Source: Promethearchaeia archaeon
GTDB taxonomy: Archaea; Asgardarchaeota; Lokiarchaeia; Sigyniarchaeales; SOKP01
Direction: 5' to 3'
Length of the DNA stretch: 60,416 nt
Assembly (NCBI GenBank): GCA_046483985.1
Contig: JAWOCD010000102.1
Coordinates: 1-60,416, forward strand
Shown piece by piece: positions 40,111 to 48,643 of the stretch. The translations under genes were made by a program, and so were the position numbers. Within the stretch, counting starts at the first letter, position 1. The number at the start of each line of letters is the position of its first letter. The notes under the pieces were generated by a model. It made no database searches. It saw nothing but the letters and a program-made list of their open reading frames with translations, and was not told where the DNA came from.

Positions 40111-40157
40111 ATATCCCCTCCCTAAAGGGATGGGGACTTCTTTCGCAGATCGTTAAA
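40111..40157 (-). mobile_element. IS200/IS605 left-end-like remnant
   Basis: Minus strand TTTAACGATCTGCGAAAGAAGTCCCCATCCC-TTTA-GGGAGGGGATAT; hairpin with TTTA loop; terminal 14 nt repeated at 53440-53453. Confidence 0.6.
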
Positions 40158-40188
40158 CAATAGAAGATTTAAAACTTAAGTGCTGTGC

Positions 40189-42147
40189 TTAAGGACTTCT
40201 TTTATTAAGCCACTTTTGAAAATTTTTAGTAGGTTTAAACCCCCAGATGGCATTCTTTCCCGTTTCCTTTTCAAATTGGAGGATATCTGTTTTCTCGAAT
40301 TCAGAATGGTTTTTGATCAGCAATCTTTTCCAGAGCCATCGTTTAAATGCAATTGTTGGTTTTTTACTCCAGAGAGCGTTTTTAGATGGATATTTTCGTT
40401 CAAAATCGGCAATATCATCTTGAGAGTAGCAGAGTAGTTTTTTAATCAAACAATCGGGAAAAGAATCTATTTCGCAATTAATTAATTCAATTTCTTCCAA
40501 CTCATTAAGGTTATTAAACTGCTCTGGAATAATGGAGATACTTGTATCTGATATTTTGAGAGTTGTTAATCGCGACAAATTCGTTAATGGAGTTATATCT
40601 GTAATACGTGTCCCATTTAAGTTCAGATGACGTAAGTTCTTGAGGTTTTTTAAGGGTTCCAAGGAAGATATATAATTAAATGAGAGCGATAACACTTCAA
40701 GTTGTGTTAAATGAGAGAGTAAACTAAGATCATTGATAAAATTATTATTTAAATGAAGTTCTTTCAATTGTTTTAGGTTCTCTAAGCCTTTTAGCGATTT
40801 AATTTTATTATTCTGCAAATCTAATTTCTTTAAATTCTCTAAATCCTCTAATCCACTAAGATCGACGATGGAATTATTCGCTAAGTTAAGGAATTCCAAC
40901 TTTTCTTGATTTTTTAAGCCTTCTATGGCTTCAATATAGTTATATTCCAAATGTAATTCAAGTAGTTCTTGAGCATTAGACAAACCCTTGATTTGACGGA
41001 TATTATTATGGTTCAAGTTTAAAATCTTTAATTTGGGTAAAGATTGAAGACCATCCATTTCTTCTATGTCATTATAATATAAATCTAATCCCTCTAATGA
41101 AATTAGTTCTCTGAGCCCTTCAATATCGGAGATAGCTTCAATCTCTCTATTATAAATTACTAATTTATTCTCAATGTAATGCTCTTGTGTTCCTATATCT
41201 ATATAACGTCTACTTGAGCGAACTTCAAAAATCTCTCCCTCATAGAAAGTAAATAAGATATTATACTTTTTTAAGAGATCTTTAAAAGAATCGAGAAATA
41301 ATTTATAAGAATTTGAAGGGATCCTGTTACTTCTGTCAACTACATTTCTAAAAATAGTATTTATTATATTTTCTTCGATATTTTCTAATAAATCGGTTTC
41401 AACCTTCTTAATAAACAAGGCGCCATATTTTTTTTTACAATTGTTAAGTAATTTTTGTTTTAACGTGTCAAGAGCTAAAAAAATATCGTAATCTTCGTTG
41501 ATTTTCAGATAATCGTTTGTTCCTCCCTCTAAAAGGTTATAAAAAAAATAATTATCTAAGATAAAATTACATTCTTCGTAGATCGAATACGACATATTTG
41601 AATCGATAAATGTATTTTCTCTGGCTAACGCTCGGATCACCTCAAAGTCGATTGAATCTATGAGAGCATTCCATTCATCTGCCGTTAAAAAACCAAGATA
41701 ATTTTGATTTATTAAATATTTAATGACGGCGGGATAATTACTGGCTAATCTGCGAGCAATTTCTTCCCGAAATACCATTCGGGCATCTGGATCGCCCGCC
41801 TCGGTTAATTTTTTTAACAGCGGAAACGCAAGATTACGATGTAAAATCCGAGTATCATATTCATTTTCCGCCCATGCTTGAATATTAGAACAGTGGGCCC
41901 AAAATTCAACTTCAGAAGAGATTAACTTTTTCGTTCTTGTAAAATTTCCTTCTAAAGAGGTATCTAAGATTTCTTCCGCTTCATCAATAGAATCTATTGA
42001 ATCCAATTCGGGGATAGAGTTTTTATGAATATTTAAAAGTAGGAATTTACACTGCGTAAACAGTTCATTATTTACATAGATATTTGTCCGCTGATTTTCC
42101 AATTTCAAGGTTAAAAATTCGTTTATTTTAAATGTTTTAGATTCCAT
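40189..42147 (-). CDS. Leucine-rich-repeat protein with conserved N-terminal domain and two C-terminal ~28-aa repeats
   Basis: N-domain shared with 12534..14864; about 11 LRRs; FERKYPSKNALWSKKPTIAFKRW and FEKETGKNAIWGFKPTKNFQKW. Confidence 0.85.
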   Translation of the reverse strand: MESKTFKINEFLTLKLENQRTNIYVNNELFTQCKFLLLNIHKNSIPELDSIDSIDEAEEILDTSLEGNFTRTKKLISSEVEFWAHCSNIQAWAENEYDTRILHRNLAFPLLKKLTEAGDPDARMVFREEIARRLASNYPAVIKYLINQNYLGFLTADEWNALIDSIDFEVIRALARENTFIDSNMSYSIYEECNFILDNYFFYNLLEGGTNDYLKINEDYDIFLALDTLKQKLLNNCKKKYGALFIKKVETDLLENIEENIINTIFRNVVDRSNRIPSNSYKLFLDSFKDLLKKYNILFTFYEGEIFEVRSSRRYIDIGTQEHYIENKLVIYNREIEAISDIEGLRELISLEGLDLYYNDIEEMDGLQSLPKLKILNLNHNNIRQIKGLSNAQELLELHLEYNYIEAIEGLKNQEKLEFLNLANNSIVDLSGLEDLENLKKLDLQNNKIKSLKGLENLKQLKELHLNNNFINDLSLLSHLTQLEVLSLSFNYISSLEPLKNLKNLRHLNLNGTRITDITPLTNLSRLTTLKISDTSISIIPEQFNNLNELEEIELINCEIDSFPDCLIKKLLCYSQDDIADFERKYPSKNALWSKKPTIAFKRWLWKRLLIKNHSEFEKTDILQFEKETGKNAIWGFKPTKNFQKWLNKRSP

Positions 42148-42284
42148 TTTTCCTATAAATCATCCATTTGTATTATTAATATAAGAAGTAACCTATATAA
42201 ATCGCATTATTACACTTTATATTTTATAAAAATAGGAGTTAAGATTTTATTCTTCAAATTTGAAGAAGTGAGGAATTTCGTTCG

Positions 42285-42806
42285 CTATAAATTAAAATTG
42301 ATTGTCTTTTTTGCATTTTCAAAAAGAATAATGCCCAGAGTTGCCAGAATTATTTCGGTTATCAAAACTTGCAAGAAAGTTAGCCAAATGGGAAATCCAA
42401 GAACAAATTTTATTATTATAGCTACATATACCGAAATAATAATTGAATATAAAACACCGCCCAAATATTTGAGGGTTCCTTTATTCCGGAAATATACAAT
42501 ACAATAAAGAGCTGGAATATTCACGATACACGAAAGAAGGTCAATTAATCCTAAGGGCGACGTGAGATTCACAAAAAAAACCCCAATTACATTTCCTACA
42601 ATGCCCTCCCACGGAAATATAATACACATTCCAACAACAAGTTCGGCTACTCGAAATTGAAGGCCGAGATAACTGATAGGTTGAAAAACATAGCCTAAGG
42701 CAGTATATAACGCCGCAGTGATGGCAATAATTGTAACTCGTAAAGAGAGGGGCATTTCTGTATACCCTTTAGTTCTTTTTTCCATGTTTAATTTTTTTTC
42801 ATCCAT
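42285..42806 (-). CDS. queT: QueT-family ECF S-component (putative queuosine-precursor transporter)
   Basis: AALY..L....PISY..LQFRVAE, NLTSPLG.ID. Confidence 0.85.
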   Translation of the reverse strand: MDEKKLNMEKRTKGYTEMPLSLRVTIIAITAALYTALGYVFQPISYLGLQFRVAELVVGMCIIFPWEGIVGNVIGVFFVNLTSPLGLIDLLSCIVNIPALYCIVYFRNKGTLKYLGGVLYSIIISVYVAIIIKFVLGFPIWLTFLQVLITEIILATLGIILFENAKKTINFNL

Positions 42807-42887
42807 CTAACTCACATATAATTTATTAAATTATTTAGTATTCTATTTTTTAATATATTAACTTTAGGAAAGATTCGTTTAAGACTT

Positions 42888-44222
42888 CTATTTGGTTAAT
42901 TCGTCTTCCTCACGTAGTTTTTGGCGTTGTTCGCTCAATTTATATTCATACTCTTTCGGATCAAGCATGACGAAGAAGATAATTCCGAGGTTCTGTAGTA
43001 CAGCCATAGTTATAAAGATTACGATATAGAGTTCATAAATATCTCCCGTAAATCCTTTTGCGGCGGCAAAAATCATTCCAACTATTGATATGCCTAGCGT
43101 CGTTCCAAAATTCGCAAAGGAATTACAAATAGAAAAATAAGTACTGTCCATTTCTGGATATTGTTTCGAGACCTCTCCCGCAACTGCAGAGTAAGCGCTA
43201 TTTCTCCAGCCCCAAGTGGATCCCAGAAATGCAGAAAGGATAAATAAAAGCCAGAGTGTAACCGGAAGTAACATGAGTAATAATGCTGCAGAGGTAACTA
43301 GGAATGAAGAATATACTGCTAATTTACGTGATTTCTCGTCTGATAAATATCCTCCAATCAAGGCTCCAAATATGACCCCTATTCCAATGACCATCGCTAC
43401 AATAGCTTGTGGAAAATAAAGGTTAATATTTTCTTCCAAAAGAGAGATTGAAGCGCCTTGCGCACCCACAAGTCCCCATTGGACGAGAACATACAGCGAA
43501 ACATAGAGCACAATTACCCCATCTACAATTGCATTTAAGAAAGCAAATCCGTATACTTTCCAATTTCGCTTATTGGTAAACATGAGCTTCAAGTTTTTTG
43601 CAATCTCAACGTCTTCATAATAAGTTTTTTCCTTGATGAATAGCACTAATGCAGAGAAGACCATCATCATAACACCTAATATAATAAAAATGAATTCAGC
43701 AGGGATAAATGAGATGGAAAACGCCAAAAAAGGACCGCCCACGATTGAGCCTAATGATCTAAAACTCCAACATGTTCCTTGCGTTTTCCCCAACTTTTCC
43801 TCGGGACATAAGTCTAAGATCATTCCGTCTATCGCGGTATCGCCCATCGCAGTTCCAATATTAATCAAAAAGCCGGCAATAGTAAAAAGGATAATAGCGT
43901 TATTTGCAGTGATTAAAAACGGCACAATAATCCAAATGAGACCACCTAATGAAATAGGGAGTGTGATATAAGGTTTTCGGCGACCTAATTTCTTGGTTCC
44001 GTATTTATCACTTAAGATCCCGAATAGAAATTTTATAGCCCATGGTGCCAATGATATAGAAGCCAAAAAGCCGATAGCGGAGCCGTCTATTGTGGTAAGC
44101 AGATTAAGTAAATATATAGGGATAACGATTGCAACTATTGATTGGTTAACCCCTTGGGTAAAATAGTTAAGAGCGAATATGCCTGTGTAAGTATTTTTGT
44201 AATTAACGTTCAATTGAGTCAT
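42888..44222 (-). CDS. MFS transporter (AmpG/BT1-like)
   Basis: YFTQG, PWAIKFLFG.LSD, GRRKP, DTAIDG, GGYLSD; about 12 TM. Confidence 0.9.
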   Translation of the reverse strand: MTQLNVNYKNTYTGIFALNYFTQGVNQSIVAIVIPIYLLNLLTTIDGSAIGFLASISLAPWAIKFLFGILSDKYGTKKLGRRKPYITLPISLGGLIWIIVPFLITANNAIILFTIAGFLINIGTAMGDTAIDGMILDLCPEEKLGKTQGTCWSFRSLGSIVGGPFLAFSISFIPAEFIFIILGVMMMVFSALVLFIKEKTYYEDVEIAKNLKLMFTNKRNWKVYGFAFLNAIVDGVIVLYVSLYVLVQWGLVGAQGASISLLEENINLYFPQAIVAMVIGIGVIFGALIGGYLSDEKSRKLAVYSSFLVTSAALLLMLLPVTLWLLFILSAFLGSTWGWRNSAYSAVAGEVSKQYPEMDSTYFSICNSFANFGTTLGISIVGMIFAAAKGFTGDIYELYIVIFITMAVLQNLGIIFFVMLDPKEYEYKLSEQRQKLREEDELTK

Positions 44223-44300
44223 TATAGATTTAATATATTCCTATCTTAATTTTTAATTAAAACGTAATAGTAGATAGAGTAATATTGAATTTAAGTTTGA

Positions 44301-44374
44301 TTGAAGCCCCCGCTCCCTAAATAAGGGGAATTCCCACGAATCACTAAGCGTTGGTTGGGGGATATATCTCAGGG
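44301..44374 (-). mobile_element. Stand-alone TnpB omegaRNA 3' part/right-end remnant
   Basis: Aligns by eye to 59969-60043 (shared TTGAAG, CCCTAAA, ATTCC.ACGA, CACTAAGCGTT, ATATCT.AGGG); lies just after the nre stop. Confidence 0.75.
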
Positions 44375-44380
44375 AGTTAT

Positions 44381-45715
44381 TCAGATAAAATCGTCCAGCG
44401 TCTTTTGTTCTTGAATGAAATTGATAATCTCACTGCTATGTTTCCAATATTTCAGCTTAATCATTAAGCCGTCAGCCATATGGTTAAGAGAGGTCTCGAA
44501 ATTATCGAATTTTTCTGGTTCTTTCTTTAAGGCATTTTTCACGGTTTCTCGAATGACCCAAACTCCCAGAGGAACTACATATCCGCCAGAAACCTCACGA
44601 AAAATAAGGACACGGGCTTGTCTCCGAATACGATAGAGGTATTCGCACACGGATTTTCGAGCGGCATAATAGGCGCCAGTTATATTACTTGCATAAGATT
44701 TTCGTCCACGGTAAAACTCATAATCGGTCATAATTTGAGGGGTCGATTGTTGCTGAACGCCTCTAATATTTCGATTCCATAAGGAATTAGGTGCCCACAC
44801 TTCGTTCATTTCATACAAGAATTTCCCGGGAAAAAGCAAGATCTTGAAATGATTATCTAAAAAGGTCGCTTCAAACATCCGATAATCGTTGATTTCTGGG
44901 AATTTCTTAATCTCCTCAATGAGTTTTTTGGAGATTACGGAATCAATTGCCGTAATGGACCATCGTGTAGGAACCAATTTTCTTCGCTTTTTCTCGCCCA
45001 ATAATCCCGCTGAGAATACACGTTGGATAATGGAAAGCGGAACATTTCCGTCCAAATACAGATGATCCGAAATCGCCTTTTGGGCATTCAAGTCCGTATC
45101 GGATACGCAATAATCCACTTTTGGATGAACTTTAACGTTTTCTACGATTCTTAGTTTTTTTGTTTGTCCGATTGGGCCAAGCGGGAGAGAATGGTTATCC
45201 ATGGTCATTGCAAATCTCATTTTGCGTAATTTAGTCTCTGTATCGACGGGACGCGCAGCCATTGAGAGCAGTTGAGATCGTTCTAAGAATCTCTGTTCTT
45301 TCAGAGAAGGAGTCGTTTTAAGTTTAGGCTGTTGTATTTTTACATTCATTTTGAAATTATTCCTGACCATACTGCTTCGATAGGAAATGATTTCTTGCAT
45401 CTTTTTTCCGTACCATAACTCCGGGGCATCTAGAACATGAGCATCAGGAGAATTTATACTCGTATTCAGTTTTTTTTTATCAAAAGGAACTAACGGACCG
45501 ATGTTTACACGAGGATAATTATATCTGCCTACAAAAAATCCCGGTGGGCTGGGACCGAACAGCTCGACATTTCTTTCTGTTTTCCCGATCTCAAATGGAA
45601 CTACTTTTTTCATAATGGAACTTTTCAGTAAGATGGGACATGTTTCTTTCCCGCACAGATGGCGTGCTCCTTTACATCTGAGGCAAATGTTTTTTTCTGT
45701 CGGCGGTCGAACCAA
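44381..45715 (-). CDS. nreA: Nre-family archaeal DNA repair protein with PIP box
   Basis: CLRCKGARHLCGKETCP, SPPGFFVG, RKLVPTRWSITAID, GAYYAAR, PLGVWVIRE, C-terminal QKTLDDFI. Confidence 0.92.
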   Translation of the reverse strand: MVRPPTEKNICLRCKGARHLCGKETCPILLKSSIMKKVVPFEIGKTERNVELFGPSPPGFFVGRYNYPRVNIGPLVPFDKKKLNTSINSPDAHVLDAPELWYGKKMQEIISYRSSMVRNNFKMNVKIQQPKLKTTPSLKEQRFLERSQLLSMAARPVDTETKLRKMRFAMTMDNHSLPLGPIGQTKKLRIVENVKVHPKVDYCVSDTDLNAQKAISDHLYLDGNVPLSIIQRVFSAGLLGEKKRRKLVPTRWSITAIDSVISKKLIEEIKKFPEINDYRMFEATFLDNHFKILLFPGKFLYEMNEVWAPNSLWNRNIRGVQQQSTPQIMTDYEFYRGRKSYASNITGAYYAARKSVCEYLYRIRRQARVLIFREVSGGYVVPLGVWVIRETVKNALKKEPEKFDNFETSLNHMADGLMIKLKYWKHSSEIINFIQEQKTLDDFI

Positions 45716-45929
45716 TCTAAAATGCTCCTTATTTTACTTTAAGATAATTTATCCTCTTTAATTATATATAAGGATGGAGGTAATAAATTTTTAATAGTTA
45801 TGAAGGAAAATTGAACTACCATGCTAGTGGTAAATATAATAAACAATAAATAGCATCCTTAAATTCAATAAAAAATCAATATTATCATAAACAAAAAATT
45901 ATAATGAATAAAAAGATGAGGAAATTAAA

Positions 45930-46406
45930 ATGAATTATTTGGTCGTTTTTTATACAAGAACGGGAAATACCAGAAAAATAGCTAATTTTATTGCAGAACA
46001 ACTCAACGCTGATATTGAAGAATTAATCGATACGAAGAAAAGGAAGGGGTTCATTGGGTGGTTCCGTTCGGGTTTTGATGCATTTCGGGAAAAAACCACG
46101 GATCTGCGTGTCACACAAAAGAAACCAGAAAATTACGATGTCATCATATTGGGAACACCCGTGTGGGCAAATAAGATGACTCCGGCCTTGAGAACGTATA
46201 TTTTGGAAAAAAAGGATAAATTTAAGAGGGTAGCATTTTTTTGTACAGAAGGATCAACCGGGGCAGAGAACTTGTTTTCTTCCCTAAAAGGTCTCTGTAG
46301 CAAAAGCCCAGTTGCTACCAAAGAAATTGTAGCAAAACAAGTTAAAACTGGGGAATATATAGCATTAGCCAAAGAATTCATACAAGAAATTCAAGAACAC
46401 GTTTAA
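45930..46406 (+). CDS. Flavodoxin family protein
   Basis: YTRTGNT, GTPVW, AFFCT. Confidence 0.9.
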   Translation: MNYLVVFYTRTGNTRKIANFIAEQLNADIEELIDTKKRKGFIGWFRSGFDAFREKTTDLRVTQKKPENYDVIILGTPVWANKMTPALRTYILEKKDKFKRVAFFCTEGSTGAENLFSSLKGLCSKSPVATKEIVAKQVKTGEYIALAKEFIQEIQEHV

Positions 46407-46461
46407 TAAAAATCCAATTGCTATTTTACCTTTTTCTTTCTCTTATTAGGAGAAGAAGCCC

Positions 46462-47484
46462 TTATGCCCGAGACAAGAGCTTAATTAATGCTCGCGGGAT
46501 TTCGTGGTAACTTTCCACGGCATAGAACTTTCCCTTACCCACCTCTGCGATTTTTTTACAGGTTTTCATGCCTTGTTCCGCATCATTTTCGGCGGGCATT
46601 CCGATCACATGCAATTTTGGATAATGGCGGGCGATTCCAAGAGGATTTTTCCCTCGATTAAAAGCCCCATCGGTGATAAGAATTCCAAACTGATTTTTCT
46701 GGTGATGCTTCAACTTCTCAAGTTCCTTTAGTCCCTTTTTCAAACCGATATGAATATTAGTGAATCCAACAGCTTCGGAATCAAGAATTTCATCGATTAT
46801 CTTATCGATTTGCTTTCGCTCATCCATTTTTTTCATAACCATCGCCGTCGAATTGAAAAGAACTATCGAATAGTGCTCTTTATCCATATTATACGCTAAT
46901 ACTGAAGTTGTTAATGCTGCATTTAACAGTAAGCTGCCGTACATACTGCCAGAACAGTCCAATACCATTACCACTTTTCGTTTTTCTTTCATCCGCTTAA
47001 TTCCAAAAATATCATTATAGGTGAGGGTCTTATTGTGGACTTTCAACGGATGTTGTTGGATGGTTTCATCTAAATCAAATTCTGCCATTCCAGGCTTATA
47101 ATACGGAACTAACTTTCGATGAGATCCCTTAAGTCCCTTGCTGGTAATCTTTAATGAGGTCCGAATAATACTTTGTCGGGCTAAACGGCGAAAGATTGCT
47201 TTATATTCTTCGGAGATTGGGCTTCGGATAAAAAAATACAATTCCGGCATCACTGAACTGGCTTCTTTGGATTTCTCGCTAAAGAATTTCAGTCCCTCTT
47301 GAGAATCCAAAGCATCAGTAGCGGCATAAACATTCGATTTTAAAAGACCCATCACTGCCTCTAAATTTTTATGTTTAATCGCTAGATAGGTCATATCTTT
47401 TACATTTTTGTAATCCAAACTGTTTGCCAAATTTCTGTAATATTTTGGGCTTTTTTTCTTTTGGCGCAAGATTTCATGGCGCAA
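46462..47484 (-). CDS. von Willebrand factor A domain protein (MoxR partner); start uncertain, frame open up to 47625
   Basis: MIDAS DCSGSM, GFTNI, ITDG; FDLDET. Confidence 0.88.
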   Translation of the reverse strand: MRHEILRQKKKSPKYYRNLANSLDYKNVKDMTYLAIKHKNLEAVMGLLKSNVYAATDALDSQEGLKFFSEKSKEASSVMPELYFFIRSPISEEYKAIFRRLARQSIIRTSLKITSKGLKGSHRKLVPYYKPGMAEFDLDETIQQHPLKVHNKTLTYNDIFGIKRMKEKRKVVMVLDCSGSMYGSLLLNAALTTSVLAYNMDKEHYSIVLFNSTAMVMKKMDERKQIDKIIDEILDSEAVGFTNIHIGLKKGLKELEKLKHHQKNQFGILITDGAFNRGKNPLGIARHYPKLHVIGMPAENDAEQGMKTCKKIAEVGKGKFYAVESYHEIPRALIKLLSRA

Positions 47485-47573
47485 GATTTCATCATCTGGC
47501 GGTTGATCCGTCCGACGTACAAATAATCTTTTACTCTCTTTCTCCTCGGAGTGCTCTTTGGAGAAGTCATCGA

Positions 47574-48452
47574 TTATTGAAAATCCGTTTGGTTTAACAC
47601 TTGCAGAACGATATTTGTAATGATATCATTTTTGGTGCGAGTAATGCCATCTTCTAATTCAATTTTATTGAAAAGCGCCATTATTGCTGAATTCACCCAC
47701 ACCTTGGAGCTATCCAATCCTTGCTCACCGTAGTTATTTACAAGTGCGGCTAAATCAATACCTCCTCGAATAGAACTACCTCTCCGGAGGGAGGGACGCT
47801 CCCTCGTTTCTTGAATGACTTTTTGGGAAATAATTGCAATTCTGTCCCCATCCTTTCCGTTTAATCCAACCTCTTGTTTAATGATTGCTCTTTCTTCTTC
47901 TGGAGGTTGATATTCCAATTTCACCCAAATGAATCTGTCCTTTAATGCTTCTCCGAGCACAGATACTCCAACATGAGCTGCTGGATTCTGGGTGGCAATC
48001 ACAAAAAATCCATCAGACGCTTCTATTGTCTTTAGTTTCGGAATTTTAAGTATTCGCTCATCTAACGAGGTAAGTAAAGCATTTTGAGTACTTTCAGGCA
48101 TTCTATTAATCTCATTTATGAACAAGCATCCCCCATTCATCATGGCTTCAGCTAATGGCCCGTATAAATAGGAGTCTTCAATATATCCGTCTGCTATTAC
48201 CATCGGAGGATTCCAATATCCCACTAAATTGTGGGTTAGCGTGTCTTCACTGCAATCGATCCGGAAAAAATCCTTATCAAAATAATCTGCCACTGCTCTG
48301 GCTAAAGTAGTTTTTCCAACTCCTACTTCTCCTTCGATTAGGATATGTTTTCCGACCGAGTGCGCAATGATTATTTTCTCTAATTCGTCTTGCCTACCAA
48401 TAATATTGAACTTTTTCTGTATTGTCTCTATGAGTTCAGAAATCTTATCCAT
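47574..48452 (-). CDS. MoxR-family AAA+ ATPase
   Basis: GEVGVGKT, LFINEINR, ATQNP, ALKDRF, GSSIRG. Confidence 0.92.
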   Translation of the reverse strand: MDKISELIETIQKKFNIIGRQDELEKIIIAHSVGKHILIEGEVGVGKTTLARAVADYFDKDFFRIDCSEDTLTHNLVGYWNPPMVIADGYIEDSYLYGPLAEAMMNGGCLFINEINRMPESTQNALLTSLDERILKIPKLKTIEASDGFFVIATQNPAAHVGVSVLGEALKDRFIWVKLEYQPPEEERAIIKQEVGLNGKDGDRIAIISQKVIQETRERPSLRRGSSIRGGIDLAALVNNYGEQGLDSSKVWVNSAIMALFNKIELEDGITRTKNDIITNIVLQVLNQTDFQ

Positions 48453-48643
48453 AGTATAAATAATTTGCCATTCGAAAAAAAGTTTATGTATTCTCTGTAA
48501 CTCTGAGAATCTATAGTCTCTTCAGAAAAGGTTTTTCAAAGAACATAATTTTTCAATTTTTTTAGAAGATAAAGTTTTATTATAATATAAATAAAAAAAA
48601 GGTTTTCAAAATTAATAAAAATTCTAAATATCTTGCTATTATA

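Noticed and set aside
47463-47492. 15-bp tandem duplication (ATGAAATCTTGCGCC x2 on the - strand) as cause of the missing vWA start
   Set aside because: Its length is a multiple of three, so it cannot shift the frame.
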